64,000 bases of DNA from a virus: IMG/VR virus record IMGVR_UViG_3300037308_000202, positions 11,159-75,158 of that record. The stretch is one strand, 5' to 3'. Below, piece by piece: positions 18,584 to 28,626 of this stretch. How positions within the stretch are numbered: the stretch's first letter is position 1; each line of letters starts with the position of its first letter. Position numbers and translations under genes: made by a program. Below the pieces are notes generated by a model. That model saw only the letters and a program-made list of their open reading frames with translations, was not told the origin of the DNA and searched no databases.

Positions 18584-20113
18584 TCACCCCACCACCGAAA
18601 CATCGGAAAGCGGCGGCACGACTTCCGCCGGCAAAGTCTTTGCGGCAAACGGCGGCGTCGGATCCGAGGCTACCGTGTAGCGCGCCGCCATTTTTCGAAC
18701 CGCATCGAGCATGTCTGTGTCGGTTCCAATCCAACCACGGGTAACGCCCACCTGGGTGCGGATCCCCGTTTCTTTCGTCCAATTATGCGAAACCGATTCC
18801 ACGTAATAGGTTTCGTTCTCGCGCTCGCTTCGCACCCCCGGGATCCGTAGGCGCGTACCGACGCGTAAATCGGGCAGCCCTATTGCCGGCGCAATTGTGC
18901 CTTGCAGCATGTACGCGTTGAGGCAATGCCAGTCGCGTACTTTTTCCCGTTGGCGCGATGCAAGCCCGATATAATCTGCGTCTTGGGCTGTATATTTCGA
19001 AGTAACATCGAAGCGCCGTAGCCCGCGAAAAAACACGTCATCTTGATCCCACAGCGGCGGCGTCATATCGATCGCCCCGCTTTTGATAATCGCTTGTACC
19101 AACGCAGGCGCCACGAAAAACGCGTTATAACGCTCGGCACCACCACGCCCAACCTCGATATCGCCGAGAAATTCAAGCGGCAATTCATACAACGGCAAAC
19201 CAAACCACGGGCTCGACTCACCAAATTCAAGCGAGACAAACGGCCGTTCGCGAAACGTGACGACCATTTGCCCGTCTGCGGGTTTTAGCCCAAAACTTTG
19301 GTACCATTTTTCGGTCGACTCGCCTGCCCGGTACAAGTCGCAAGACAATTCGTTGAACATCGGATCCGCCCACTCCGACGCCAATTGCCAAAGCGCCCCG
19401 GTCGGGTGGAGCCAATCCGCCGCGCTCACTGCGAGCAAGTTGAACCCGGACGGGTTGTACCCGTCCGAATCATAGCGCACCGACTCGCCGAACGTCCGGC
19501 GCGCTCCCGGCATATTCGGCGGGGTTTCCCAAATTGCGCGCCCACGGTTTGCGAGGTAGGCGAGCATTTCGCTCAAAAACGCGTGCACGAGCTTATCGGG
19601 CGACGGTAGCAGGTTTTTTACCGCGCCTAAAATATCCATTGACACCGAACCCGCGACGTTTTCGAGCGTAAAGATATTGAACCAAATCGGGGTTTCTTCC
19701 CAAATTTGGCCAAAATCAAAACCACTGATCGTGTACGTGACCACACGCGAACCCGATGGCGAAGTACGGGAACGCCGATTTTCATGCACGCGCCCGCGCA
19801 TCGTGTGGTGGCGCGTTTCACCCGTTTGGAAAACGATGTCGACCCAGTCACCGTCGGTGACGCGATCGAAAATCTCCCAGGCCAACTCGTCCTTGCCAGG
19901 CTTGATCACAATTTCCCAATTGCCCGGACCGCCCAGTGCCTTGGACGTGGCCACCGAAACAAGCGTCGGCGTCGTATCCCAGCGACCAGCACCCGCCACA
20001 CCAGACGCGGCAAGGCCGCTCGTCGCAACCAGCGGATCGGTGTTGTGCGTGTAAAAATGGACCTCACAGCCGCTCGCCGTGGTGCCCCACAAATTTGGCT
20101 TTCGAAAATCCAT
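18584..20113 (-). CDS. Baseplate hub protein (gp27/gpD-like)
   Basis: Follows the tape measure; TISGFDFG; C-terminal PDLRVGTRL...YYVESVSHNW...T.VGVTRG. Confidence 0.75.
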   Translation of the reverse strand: MDFRKPNLWGTTASGCEVHFYTHNTDPLVATSGLAASGVAGAGRWDTTPTLVSVATSKALGGPGNWEIVIKPGKDELAWEIFDRVTDGDWVDIVFQTGETRHHTMRGRVHENRRSRTSPSGSRVVTYTISGFDFGQIWEETPIWFNIFTLENVAGSVSMDILGAVKNLLPSPDKLVHAFLSEMLAYLANRGRAIWETPPNMPGARRTFGESVRYDSDGYNPSGFNLLAVSAADWLHPTGALWQLASEWADPMFNELSCDLYRAGESTEKWYQSFGLKPADGQMVVTFRERPFVSLEFGESSPWFGLPLYELPLEFLGDIEVGRGGAERYNAFFVAPALVQAIIKSGAIDMTPPLWDQDDVFFRGLRRFDVTSKYTAQDADYIGLASRQREKVRDWHCLNAYMLQGTIAPAIGLPDLRVGTRLRIPGVRSERENETYYVESVSHNWTKETGIRTQVGVTRGWIGTDTDMLDAVRKMAARYTVASDPTPPFAAKTLPAEVVPPLSDVSVVG

Positions 20114-22320
20114 TATTCAGCCCCCCACAAGCTAAAGCTAATCGGCGGCGATCTGTACTCATGCACCTTTTTTTCAATCGCTCCTTGCCCCGGCTCGTCT
20201 TTGACCTTGTCAATTACCTTTTTGACAACTAGGGCAAATTCAGGAGCCATTGTCGCTAAATCGCTAATTGCTTGCGTCAATTGCTGAAATGGCGCAGCCG
20301 CGAGCACGTTAAAGGCGTCCGCCACCTTTCGGGTTGTTTCTTCGAGGTTGAACATCGCGTCGATGTATTTCCCACCTTGCCCGATCTCTTTATTTTCGAG
20401 CGCTTTTGCGCGGCGCACCTCAGCGGGCGTCATTTGCTCAGCCTGGCGCAGCATCTCTTCGGGTGTTGCCACGTCGCGAGCTTCCTTGCCGCCGCGGCGC
20501 ATCTCCCGTTGAGTCTGTTGCAGTCGCGCCGCCAGTTCGGGCGGCATCTCACCGACGCCAAGCTGCGCCGCCATTGCCGCCATTTCGATGGGGCCCACTT
20601 CAACATCAAGCATGCCGAGCAGCGATCGGCCTCGTTGCCGCGCCTTAGCTTGTTCTTCCGGCGTGCCGCCCTCACCCGCACCTGGGCCCATGACACGACC
20701 GAGCAACCGCTGCACCAGATCCGGTTTCAGCGCCTCACCGCTTTCGATCGCCATTTGGGCCTTTTCGTAGCCGAGCGCGCCCGTTCCGGGTTTCCACCCA
20801 AGCTCCTGCAATAAGAGCACCTCTTCAGGCGTTTGTGGGCCACGGCGGGCCAGCTCTTGGGCCTTCCCCGCGAGCCCCTGCGCCATCGCGCCGCCGCGGA
20901 TCGCACCAACACCCGTCAGGGCAATCGCGCGCGACATGCCGGCGATCGATTCGCGGTTAACCGGGATTCCTGTTTGGCGCCACTGCGCAATGCCTTGGGC
21001 GATCTGGTCAACGTAGGCCGTGATCTCGGAACCCTCGAGGCCCATCCGCAGCGCGTCGCCGACGGTCGACACCAACGCTTGCCCCGAGGCGCCTGCGGCG
21101 CCAGTAAGGCCCCCACGTCGACCAGCCGCGAGAAACTGCCCCGCGGTCCCGTAGCCCACGCCATACGCGCGCATTGCACCAAACGCCGCCGGCAGCATGC
21201 CCTGCGATCGCAGCTCAGCGCCCCGACCGCCGCCCGCCTGGGTGATTGCCGCGGCTGCTTGTAGCGCTTCCGGCGCGGCCATGCCGACGCTCAAGCCTTG
21301 GCGCCGGATCGTGTCCATAAGCGTCTCGGGCCGACGTACGCGGCGCAAGTCGCGCTGCATCAACTCTTCGCCGATCTGGCGCTCACGCTCCGCGGTCAAT
21401 TGATCGCGGCCAACCATCACGGCCATTCGCCGACGCGCCTTCAAATCTTGAAAGGCCTCGGGCGGGGCCGCTTCCTCCCACGCGCCATACGGCCCAACGC
21501 GTGTCCGCTTCGCGGTGCCGCGCTCAAGCTCGCCAAGCTCGCTCGACATCCACGGGCCTGGCGCATGCTTGCCACCCGGTAGAAACTCCGACTCGGGAAC
21601 CTGGCCGACCTCGGCCCGCGCCATCCGCGCGGCCTCAGCCCGCCGCGCGGCCATACGTTGCGGATCCCATGCGGCGCCGTACTGGCGCCGCTCCCACTCT
21701 TGGCCTGAGATCCCACCCATGCGTGAGCGCAAATAAGGCACCGCCTGCATTTCCTGGCCGCGGAAGGCGAGGTATTGCTGTGCGAACCCCATCTGCATTT
21801 GCAACGGCGCCGCCGCCAAGCCACCGCCCGGCACCGATTGCAGTGCTTCGATGATCCCGCCCATACCACTCGTGAACGTGTGCACACCGCCCGATGCGAC
21901 GCCCCGCATACGCTTGCCCAGCTCCGCGCCGAGGGCTTGGCGGAACATGCCCGGGCCGCGCTCGAGGTAGGCCGCTTCCGGCACAAGGCCTTGCAACAAG
22001 CCTTGCGTGAAGCGGCCTTGCTTCATCTTATTTTCGGCCGTGGCGCGGTTGATCCCAGCGATCGTCTGTTGGACTTTTGCGCCGGCTTTTTGGACCGAAT
22101 TTAGCTGGCGCTCGAGCGCGCGGTATGCGTCGGTACCCTCTTTGACTTTTTTTAGGGATTTTACCAGCTCCACCTGCTTGCTGATAATCCCAACGTAGGT
22201 CCGCTCGAGCTTTTTACCTTCCGCGGCCAATTCAGAAATGGATTTGCGGCCGGTTCGCGAGACATCTTGAAAACCCTCGGAACGGGCCTTTAAAACAAAT
22301 TCAGTCCGATTACCGGCCAT
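20113..22320 (-). CDS. Tape measure protein
   Basis: 735 aa, Ala/Gly/Gln-rich and helical; lies between the tail chaperones and the hub. Confidence 0.8.
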   Translation of the reverse strand: MAGNRTEFVLKARSEGFQDVSRTGRKSISELAAEGKKLERTYVGIISKQVELVKSLKKVKEGTDAYRALERQLNSVQKAGAKVQQTIAGINRATAENKMKQGRFTQGLLQGLVPEAAYLERGPGMFRQALGAELGKRMRGVASGGVHTFTSGMGGIIEALQSVPGGGLAAAPLQMQMGFAQQYLAFRGQEMQAVPYLRSRMGGISGQEWERRQYGAAWDPQRMAARRAEAARMARAEVGQVPESEFLPGGKHAPGPWMSSELGELERGTAKRTRVGPYGAWEEAAPPEAFQDLKARRRMAVMVGRDQLTAERERQIGEELMQRDLRRVRRPETLMDTIRRQGLSVGMAAPEALQAAAAITQAGGGRGAELRSQGMLPAAFGAMRAYGVGYGTAGQFLAAGRRGGLTGAAGASGQALVSTVGDALRMGLEGSEITAYVDQIAQGIAQWRQTGIPVNRESIAGMSRAIALTGVGAIRGGAMAQGLAGKAQELARRGPQTPEEVLLLQELGWKPGTGALGYEKAQMAIESGEALKPDLVQRLLGRVMGPGAGEGGTPEEQAKARQRGRSLLGMLDVEVGPIEMAAMAAQLGVGEMPPELAARLQQTQREMRRGGKEARDVATPEEMLRQAEQMTPAEVRRAKALENKEIGQGGKYIDAMFNLEETTRKVADAFNVLAAAPFQQLTQAISDLATMAPEFALVVKKVIDKVKDEPGQGAIEKKVHEYRSPPISFSLWGAE

Positions 22321-22323
22321 CGC

Positions 22324-22737
22324 TTACAACTCCTCGTAAAGATCGGGAACCTTGCCGTCGGCTAATTCGCGCTCCCATTTATCGACCAGGGGATCGGTCG
22401 ACGCCTCTTTTTCGCCGAGGGCCTGGCGCACGCGAACGAGCCGCTTATTGATATCGCCGCGCTCGCTCTGTGGCGACTCCTCAAGCTCGCTCTCTAAATC
22501 GTCGCGAAGCAACAAGAGATCTTCCTCGATCTCCTGTAAATGCTCCGCAACCGAGCGTTGCAGAAACAAAGGATGGTGGGGCGGTAATTGGTATTTTTTG
22601 ATCCACCAACGCCTTAGCCCAGCCATCCCGCGCGTTACTTCCAGCTCAGCCCTGCGCCGGATCCGAGCTGTATCGCCAAAAAAAGCTCTCGTGCCCCGTA
22701 ACGTGCTCGTAAATCGCCGCGACCAAGCGCGGATCAA
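22324..22737 (-). CDS. Tail assembly chaperone, downstream frame (probable frameshift extension; may alternatively start at MAGLRRW)
   Basis: Overlaps the upstream chaperone ORF by 92 nt across a T7 run (22678-22684); immediately precedes the tape measure. Confidence 0.65.
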   Translation of the reverse strand: MIRAWSRRFTSTLRGTRAFFGDTARIRRRAELEVTRGMAGLRRWWIKKYQLPPHHPLFLQRSVAEHLQEIEEDLLLLRDDLESELEESPQSERGDINKRLVRVRQALGEKEASTDPLVDKWERELADGKVPDLYEEL

Positions 22738-23155
22738 GTAACGTCAGCAAATTTTCGGCCCACGTGGGCCGCTTGGTCAGCGCGTATTGCAGGTGCGCGA
22801 GCTGTAAATTGAGCGTTGCCGTTGCGCGATCCAAAGCCGACAACTCCGTACCCGCCTGGTAGCGCGCGCGTAGGATGCCCATTGCCTGCTGCTCCTGCAG
22901 GTTCAAGATCTTGGTCGTGAACTCGCCCTGCCAGCGCTTGCCACGTGAATCCGTCCAATCGAGCGAGAACGTGTAAGACTCACGGTTGCGCGGGTCTTCG
23001 TCGGCTGCAGCGTTGGCCGCTTTGTCGGGCGCGGCAGCGTTCTGCACCTGCTCGAGCACGCGCTTGGCTTGCGTGGCGTGCTCGGCCTCGTCGGTGTCGA
23101 AATCGGACAACGGATTTTGCGCGAGATTGCGCAGGATGGTTTCGGCGACAGGCAT
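22646..23155 (-). CDS. Tail assembly chaperone
   Basis: Lies between tube and tape measure; ends HESFFWR at the slippery run. Confidence 0.7.
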   Translation of the reverse strand: MPVAETILRNLAQNPLSDFDTDEAEHATQAKRVLEQVQNAAAPDKAANAAADEDPRNRESYTFSLDWTDSRGKRWQGEFTTKILNLQEQQAMGILRARYQAGTELSALDRATATLNLQLAHLQYALTKRPTWAENLLTLLDPRLVAAIYEHVTGHESFFWRYSSDPAQG

Positions 23156-23160
23156 AGGAT

Positions 23161-23201
23161 CTCCCGGTTGGGTTGGTTGTTACGCCACCAACCTACGGGA
23201 G
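23161..23201 (-). promoter_or_regulatory. Hairpin sequestering the RBS of the tail chaperone
   Basis: ctcccg/cgggag (23161-66/23196-201) and ggttgg/ccaacc (23171-76/23188-93) stems; the outer stem includes the GGAG located 5 nt before the ATG at 23155. Confidence 0.45.
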
Positions 23202-23228
23202 CCGCCGGACCACAACCAGGCCTGGCGA

Positions 23229-23684
23229 TCAGACCGCGGTTTCGGATTCGTCTTTGACCACGATCGCGACGAATTCCACGGCCTCGCCGACGACTTCGCG
23301 CGCGTTAACCGTCCAGTTATGACTGGCGATTTTCACGCCCTGCACCTGGGCCAGCTTGGCACCCGTGATCGAATCCTCGAGTAGGGCGGTCATCTCGCCC
23401 TGCAGCACGACGTTTCGCAATTGTTCCTCGGAGGTTTGGCCGCTCTTGGGGAAAAACCCCGCCTGTTTGAGCGATTCGCCAACCACCTTGAACAGCTCGC
23501 ACGTGAGCCCGACGGTGTAGCCCGTCGGCACGTGCTCGAGCGTGCGGATGTCGTCGAGCGCTTCGATCGGCTGCATATTGTACGCTTCGGTCACGGTCAC
23601 GCCGCGCGCGAAGCCAATCCGCTTGCCTTCCAGCGAAAAGCGCGCACGCGCGCCTGTAATGAATTTTCCTTTTGGGCTCGCCAT
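23229..23684 (-). CDS. Tail tube protein
   Basis: 151 aa after the sheath; TGARARFSL.GKRIGFA...EHVPTGY pattern of SPO1-like tubes. Confidence 0.85.
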   Translation of the reverse strand: MASPKGKFITGARARFSLEGKRIGFARGVTVTEAYNMQPIEALDDIRTLEHVPTGYTVGLTCELFKVVGESLKQAGFFPKSGQTSEEQLRNVVLQGEMTALLEDSITGAKLAQVQGVKIASHNWTVNAREVVGEAVEFVAIVVKDESETAV

Positions 23685-23697
23685 TTTCGTACCTCGC

Positions 23698-26001
23698 TTA
23701 CGCCGTCAGCGTGGAAACAACCAAGTGAATGGTCGACGTAATGAAATTGTTTGGAGTTACGGGGGCCATCTCGACCGACACCGAAATACCGTCAGCGACG
23801 CGCACCATTTTTAGGCTGCGCCACTCAACGATAATTTCATCGGCAATTTGCCGATCCAGCACTGTCTCGGCGGTCGAATGGAGCGCGGCCAAACTGCGAC
23901 CGACGCCTTTTTTGCCGACCTCAATTTCGAGCGCCGTCCGAAATTGCTGGGTCGCGTAATTCCCGGCTTGATTTGTCGAGGCCTCGATAAACGCCAGGTT
24001 GTTGGTTCGGGTGTACGTCGTCAGGTTGCGTTCCACGCGGAACCCGGCGCCGTCAACGCGCTCCGTGAACAACAAGCCCGCCGTCAGCATCTCCTCGGCG
24101 TCGTCGACCTGCGACCACGACGAATCGCAGCGCACGTCGAGGACGTTAATGTATTTCCACGTCAGCGGCTCACCGATCGGCGCGCCCGCCTGCATGCCCG
24201 CGATCGCGACTGCGAGATACGGCGGCAGATACTCGGTCCGCACGCCGTCGCGGTCGTAGCGCTCGATCGCCTCCGCAACGGCGCGGATATGCCGCGAATT
24301 GAGCGCGCGGATCTGCGTCTTGATTTCGCTCTTGGTCGGTACGTCCGTTAAGCCCGTGTTGAGCAGACCGACCACGCCATCGCGCTCCATACGGCCCTGG
24401 CCGCACATATACGCGCAATGCGCCTCGAGATCAGCGTGCACGCTCGGATCACCGGTCAGCACGACGATCGTGTTGACCGCGACCTTTTTCAGGAAGTCGA
24501 GCGCGGCCAAGTAGGTGGAGCGCGTCGCCGTGCCCTCGATACCGCCCACGAGGTACACCGGCGAGGCCGTGTTCGATGGCGCGCCGCCATGTGCCCCCGA
24601 GCTTTTGGCCGCGGTGACAAACCCGCTGTTGTTGTTGATCCAATCGATCACGGCCTGCAGGTCAGCCGTGAATACCGGGTTGTTGGTCGCGTAGACGTTC
24701 ACCGGCGCGGCCGACACGTCCAACTCGCTCGGCGATTGATCAGTGCGCGCCGTGTCGAGCACCAGCACAAAGCCGTTGCCGCCTTCCCATTTTGCGTTGA
24801 AGTGGTCGGCGACCTTCTGCAGCGTGTTCTGGGTCGTGTTGACCGAAGCGCATGCCGTCGCGCTAAACGTGATCGTCGAGGCCGCCGCCACGTGACCCAT
24901 TACCAACGTTGTCAGGCGCGACCACTTGGCCGTGCCCACAACCGGCGTTGTGCCCGCCAGCGTCAGCACCTCAAGCTGATAGGCGCCTGTGTCGGCGAAC
25001 CCCGCAAGGATGACCTTCTGCGTGGTCGCGGCACCGGCAACCAGCGTCAGCACGCCGCCGCCGACGTACATGCCCACGGCGCGCGTTGCACCCTTGATCG
25101 GGTTGACGCCAGCCGCGGCCGAAAGGACCGTGGCGCCGCCGGATTCCACACGGCACGTCACCGTGCCCAGTGTGGTGCCTGTGATCTCCATGGCCCAAAC
25201 GCTGTCAGCCAAAAACGTGGTCGTGCTCACGACCGGCGTTGTCCCATTCATCGCCAGGCGCTCGCGCACCGGCGTACTGCCCGGGCTCGCCAAGCCGTAG
25301 ATGTCGACCACCTGCGAAGTGTCCGCCGCGTTCGACGAAAGCACCTCGACCTTGGCCGGCGCGGCCAGGGTTGTCACGTCGGTGTCGAGGCCCGGATCGC
25401 TCTTGGTGCCGTAGGCCGCAACACCGGTGGACAGCACCGCCGCGGTCATCGCTTCCCACGAGCCCGACGCCCCGTGCTCGTACGTCAAATGAAAAATGTC
25501 TTCGCCGCCAACGTCGTCGCCAACCTCGGTCGTGTCTTCAAACACGATCGTGATCAGCTTACCCTGGGTCGTGCCCGACGCGATCGCAACGTTCACCTGC
25601 TGCGTGTGGGCGCCGTAGTCCACACTCGTCAGATCGATCGCATCGCCGTGGGTGTTGATCAGCACGGCCGAGCTGTGAGTTGCCGGGTTGACCTTGCACG
25701 CGACCACCTGGGCCGCGCCGCCCGGAATGTTCACGTCGTTACTCGGCGCGAACGCGATCGGAACTGCCTCGAGCAAGTCACCCGAGCGGAAAATCTCGCC
25801 CTCCTGCCCCGCTCGCGTGATCCGCACCAGGTCGTCAACCTTGGTGATCGCCGACATCGGCCGGCCGCCTTGAGCCGTGCCGAGAATCGCGACCACACCG
25901 ATCGCGCCGAAACCAACCTGCTCTAGGCCGGTAGCATCGATTTTCGAGTATGAACCCGGGATCGATGTTCGGCGCCCATTAAAATAAATACTCGTCGCCA
26001 T
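23698..26001 (-). CDS. Contractile tail sheath protein with inserted domains
   Basis: IYFNGR..IPGSYSKID N-terminus; C-terminal GEPLTWK, GLLFTE...GFRVERNLTTY. Confidence 0.92.
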   Translation of the reverse strand: MATSIYFNGRRTSIPGSYSKIDATGLEQVGFGAIGVVAILGTAQGGRPMSAITKVDDLVRITRAGQEGEIFRSGDLLEAVPIAFAPSNDVNIPGGAAQVVACKVNPATHSSAVLINTHGDAIDLTSVDYGAHTQQVNVAIASGTTQGKLITIVFEDTTEVGDDVGGEDIFHLTYEHGASGSWEAMTAAVLSTGVAAYGTKSDPGLDTDVTTLAAPAKVEVLSSNAADTSQVVDIYGLASPGSTPVRERLAMNGTTPVVSTTTFLADSVWAMEITGTTLGTVTCRVESGGATVLSAAAGVNPIKGATRAVGMYVGGGVLTLVAGAATTQKVILAGFADTGAYQLEVLTLAGTTPVVGTAKWSRLTTLVMGHVAAASTITFSATACASVNTTQNTLQKVADHFNAKWEGGNGFVLVLDTARTDQSPSELDVSAAPVNVYATNNPVFTADLQAVIDWINNNSGFVTAAKSSGAHGGAPSNTASPVYLVGGIEGTATRSTYLAALDFLKKVAVNTIVVLTGDPSVHADLEAHCAYMCGQGRMERDGVVGLLNTGLTDVPTKSEIKTQIRALNSRHIRAVAEAIERYDRDGVRTEYLPPYLAVAIAGMQAGAPIGEPLTWKYINVLDVRCDSSWSQVDDAEEMLTAGLLFTERVDGAGFRVERNLTTYTRTNNLAFIEASTNQAGNYATQQFRTALEIEVGKKGVGRSLAALHSTAETVLDRQIADEIIVEWRSLKMVRVADGISVSVEMAPVTPNNFITSTIHLVVSTLTA

Positions 26002-26012
26002 GTTTTTTCACC

Positions 26013-26354
26013 TCACGCCGTAACCGGCTCCGTTAGATATTTCTGGTAAAGGATATGCCATTCTGCGACCGACCGCGGACGCAAGTTTTCGCGCTTCGCC
26101 AGCGCCAAAAATCCCGCGATTTTGTCGACGCGAATACCCGATACCCGCGCGAAAATCTGCGCACTAACGAGCGAAATTTCGCGCGAAGGTTGTACCGGCG
26201 TAACCGGGTGCGGGCGGTCAATGAACAATTCGGGCGGATCTGGTTCCACCGCGGTATTGGCCATTTCAAAATCGCTTGACGGTTTTTGGACGAAATACAA
26301 GCCCGGATTTTCGGGCGCCCCGTCTGTCTGCTCGTGCTTTTTCTTCGACATCAC
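26013..26354 (-). CDS. Hypothetical protein between neck and sheath
   Basis: 113 aa; 4-nt overlap with the upstream gene. Confidence 0.55.
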   Translation of the reverse strand: MMSKKKHEQTDGAPENPGLYFVQKPSSDFEMANTAVEPDPPELFIDRPHPVTPVQPSREISLVSAQIFARVSGIRVDKIAGFLALAKRENLRPRSVAEWHILYQKYLTEPVTA

Positions 26355-27016
26355 TCGTTATCCGCCTCGTAAAGATCCACGTTTGTTTTCACGTCGCCCG
26401 GGTCACCGCGTCCACCCAGCTTGCTGATATGCACGCCAATGATCCGGTTTACGCGCCACAGGCGGGAGTCTATGTCAGTCACCAAGAACGGCCTAGATGT
26501 CTGAAAGGTCAGCGTGCGCGCGAACAGGTGCTCGGGCAGGTAGCGCGTATCCGGCATCAGGTCGGCGCCGCTCATGCGCATCCGGTAACACGCAAGGTCG
26601 GCCAACTGGACCATGGCCGGAATTAAAATCGCTTTCGCGACCTCGTAATTGATCAGCGTCGTTTCAGGGTGTTCGGAATAAACCAACACCTGATACGTGT
26701 GATCCCACGAGCTGCCGACGACATCCGCGCCGACGTTCGGATCGTCCTCATCGGTAATTACGCCCGCATCGTTGCCGAGATAAAGATCCGACTCGCCTTC
26801 GCTCGTCAAAACAATTGAATATAGCGGGAACGTATCATCGACGCGTGCATAACCGTGTTTGACGGTCGGCGTTTTTTCTCCCCACAATTTCTTGTGCACG
26901 GCCATTTCTTCGCGGGATAAATCCCAATCGGCCAACATGGTGTCGAGCGTGGCCGGATCTTCGTGCACATCATCCACACCAGCCTTTAGCACGTCAAAAA
27001 GGAATCTCTGGATCAT
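26351..27016 (-). CDS. Tail terminator/neck protein
   Basis: Starts MIQRFLFD with an ATGA overlap at 27013-27016; position before the sheath; FPLYSIVL..E.E motif. Confidence 0.65.
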   Translation of the reverse strand: MIQRFLFDVLKAGVDDVHEDPATLDTMLADWDLSREEMAVHKKLWGEKTPTVKHGYARVDDTFPLYSIVLTSEGESDLYLGNDAGVITDEDDPNVGADVVGSSWDHTYQVLVYSEHPETTLINYEVAKAILIPAMVQLADLACYRMRMSGADLMPDTRYLPEHLFARTLTFQTSRPFLVTDIDSRLWRVNRIIGVHISKLGGRGDPGDVKTNVDLYEADNE

Positions 27017-27822
27017 GTCTCGCCTGCAATTCCCGCAAAAACATGCGGTGCAATTTGATTTACAAAACTTTCGACCTCGCGCAACAGGTGCACACCCGAT
27101 GTCGCGGGCCGTATCCACGGGCTTTTACCGACCGGCGAACCCTGGGCATCGACCGCAATTGTGCGAAATGTCGCGTATTGCGATTGCGTGGCTTTTTTAT
27201 AGGTTTTTTCTTCGCGGACCATGCCGGCGTAAATATCGGTCGCGTGGTACGGCCTCAGCAACGGCGCCAAGCCTTCGGGCAGCCGCTCACCCCAGCTCGT
27301 AGGCCCGCCAGGTTGCGATGTCGTCGCGCCCAGCGCCTTGGCGGCTTTGTAGATGTCGCGCCCCAGTTTTTTCGCATCGGCCACGGCCTCGTGCCCTGTG
27401 TAGGGTCGGCCCATTGGCTGGCCAACTGCGCCGCCCGAGCTTGGGCCTGCGTGGCGGAAAGGGATCGCGCGATGATAACCGCCGGCTTTGCTTGCATGCT
27501 TGCCGCGGCCACCGCGGCCGACGATCGGCACGTTCGGACCGAGCAGCGTGTTGTGGAGGTCAGTTTCGGGCATCCCGTTTTCGAGCAAATTGGGAAGCAT
27601 GCCCACAAGCGCGATCGTTGCGGCACCGTCGGCCATGTCGACCGGTAAAACCCCGTTCATGTAGTCGCGTCGCGTGGAAAACAGGCGCTCGCCTGCGAGG
27701 CGCAACCACTCGGCGCGCGCGGCTTCGGCCAAATTACGCAAGGCCGTGTCGGCGATCGCAACCTCGAGCGCCACGAGATACCCAGGCGGCAGCAGCTCGC
27801 CGACGTTGACGATCTTGATCAC
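27013..27822 (-). CDS. Neck/tail completion protein
   Basis: STRRDYMNG...LENG...D...LL...IPFRH...YATFRTI...WIRP pattern seen in SPO1-like neck genes; position in neck cluster. Confidence 0.6.
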   Translation of the reverse strand: MIKIVNVGELLPPGYLVALEVAIADTALRNLAEAARAEWLRLAGERLFSTRRDYMNGVLPVDMADGAATIALVGMLPNLLENGMPETDLHNTLLGPNVPIVGRGGRGKHASKAGGYHRAIPFRHAGPSSGGAVGQPMGRPYTGHEAVADAKKLGRDIYKAAKALGATTSQPGGPTSWGERLPEGLAPLLRPYHATDIYAGMVREEKTYKKATQSQYATFRTIAVDAQGSPVGKSPWIRPATSGVHLLREVESFVNQIAPHVFAGIAGET

Positions 27823-28625
27823 AGCAAGAACTCGTAACGCAGCGCCGCTTGGACGGGAAAATCGGTGAATCGACCCTTGGGTAAGGTCGTTTTGAACTTG
27901 ATCATGGTCGCGCGCGTGCTGTGCGGATGGTCAATTACGCGCCAAGTCGGGTGGCAGTAGTAGTGCACTGCCAGGCGCGTGCCTGGTGCGGGCATCTCCG
28001 CCGGATCCCAAATCAGGTCGCCTTCGTTCAGCACAAATTCGCCGTCTTGGTGGTAGATGGTTTCGACCGTGCGAAGCACGTTCACGCGCACCGCCGGATA
28101 GGCGAGCGCTAGGCGCTCAGTGTCCGCCGGCATGTCGACCACCTGGCTATAAACAATCAAATTATCGATATTCGTAATTCGATCGTAATACCCGAGCTTG
28201 TTTTCGGCACGAACCGTAACCGCCGTGGTACCTTCGAGGCGCCGGCGTACCTGATCCCAAGGCGCCTCGTTATTCACGAAATTCGACATAACCCCCATTA
28301 TGGGCGCCGCGTTATTCGCGATGATTTTCTTTTGCAGCGGATCCAGGTCGCCGAAAACGCGGTCAACGTCGTTTGCGACGGCCGCGGGCGCAATCAAAAA
28401 CCACCCACTACCCTTGCACAGCGTGCACGTCGGATCGGCCTGCTGTATTTGGTCGGTGGGCATTTTGCACGGGCAAAAAACCGCCGACGACCACGCAAGC
28501 CGATAGCCATGGCCTTCGATCTGTGCAACGAAAATTTCAGGACGAAAATCGGCGCGTCCGCCAGCCTCTTTTCCGGGGTAACCAACAACACCTGGCGCGG
28601 CAACTGATTGATTTGGGTAATCCAC
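27819..28625 (-). CDS. Head closure/head-tail joining protein
   Basis: FCPC...CTLCKGSGW Zn motif; LGYYDRIT; position in neck cluster. Confidence 0.65.
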   Translation of the reverse strand: MDYPNQSVAAPGVVGYPGKEAGGRADFRPEIFVAQIEGHGYRLAWSSAVFCPCKMPTDQIQQADPTCTLCKGSGWFLIAPAAVANDVDRVFGDLDPLQKKIIANNAAPIMGVMSNFVNNEAPWDQVRRRLEGTTAVTVRAENKLGYYDRITNIDNLIVYSQVVDMPADTERLALAYPAVRVNVLRTVETIYHQDGEFVLNEGDLIWDPAEMPAPGTRLAVHYYCHPTWRVIDHPHSTRATMIKFKTTLPKGRFTDFPVQAALRYEFLL

Positions 28626-28626
28626 G

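Noticed and set aside
24418-25926. 502-aa plus-strand ORF opposite the sheath, and similar shadows (e.g. 48228-49577)
   Set aside because: Arg/His-rich antisense translation without domain features or RBS
13196-26001. Stand-alone contractile injection system or tailocin
   Set aside because: Portal, protease, capsid and replication genes are present, so this is a phage
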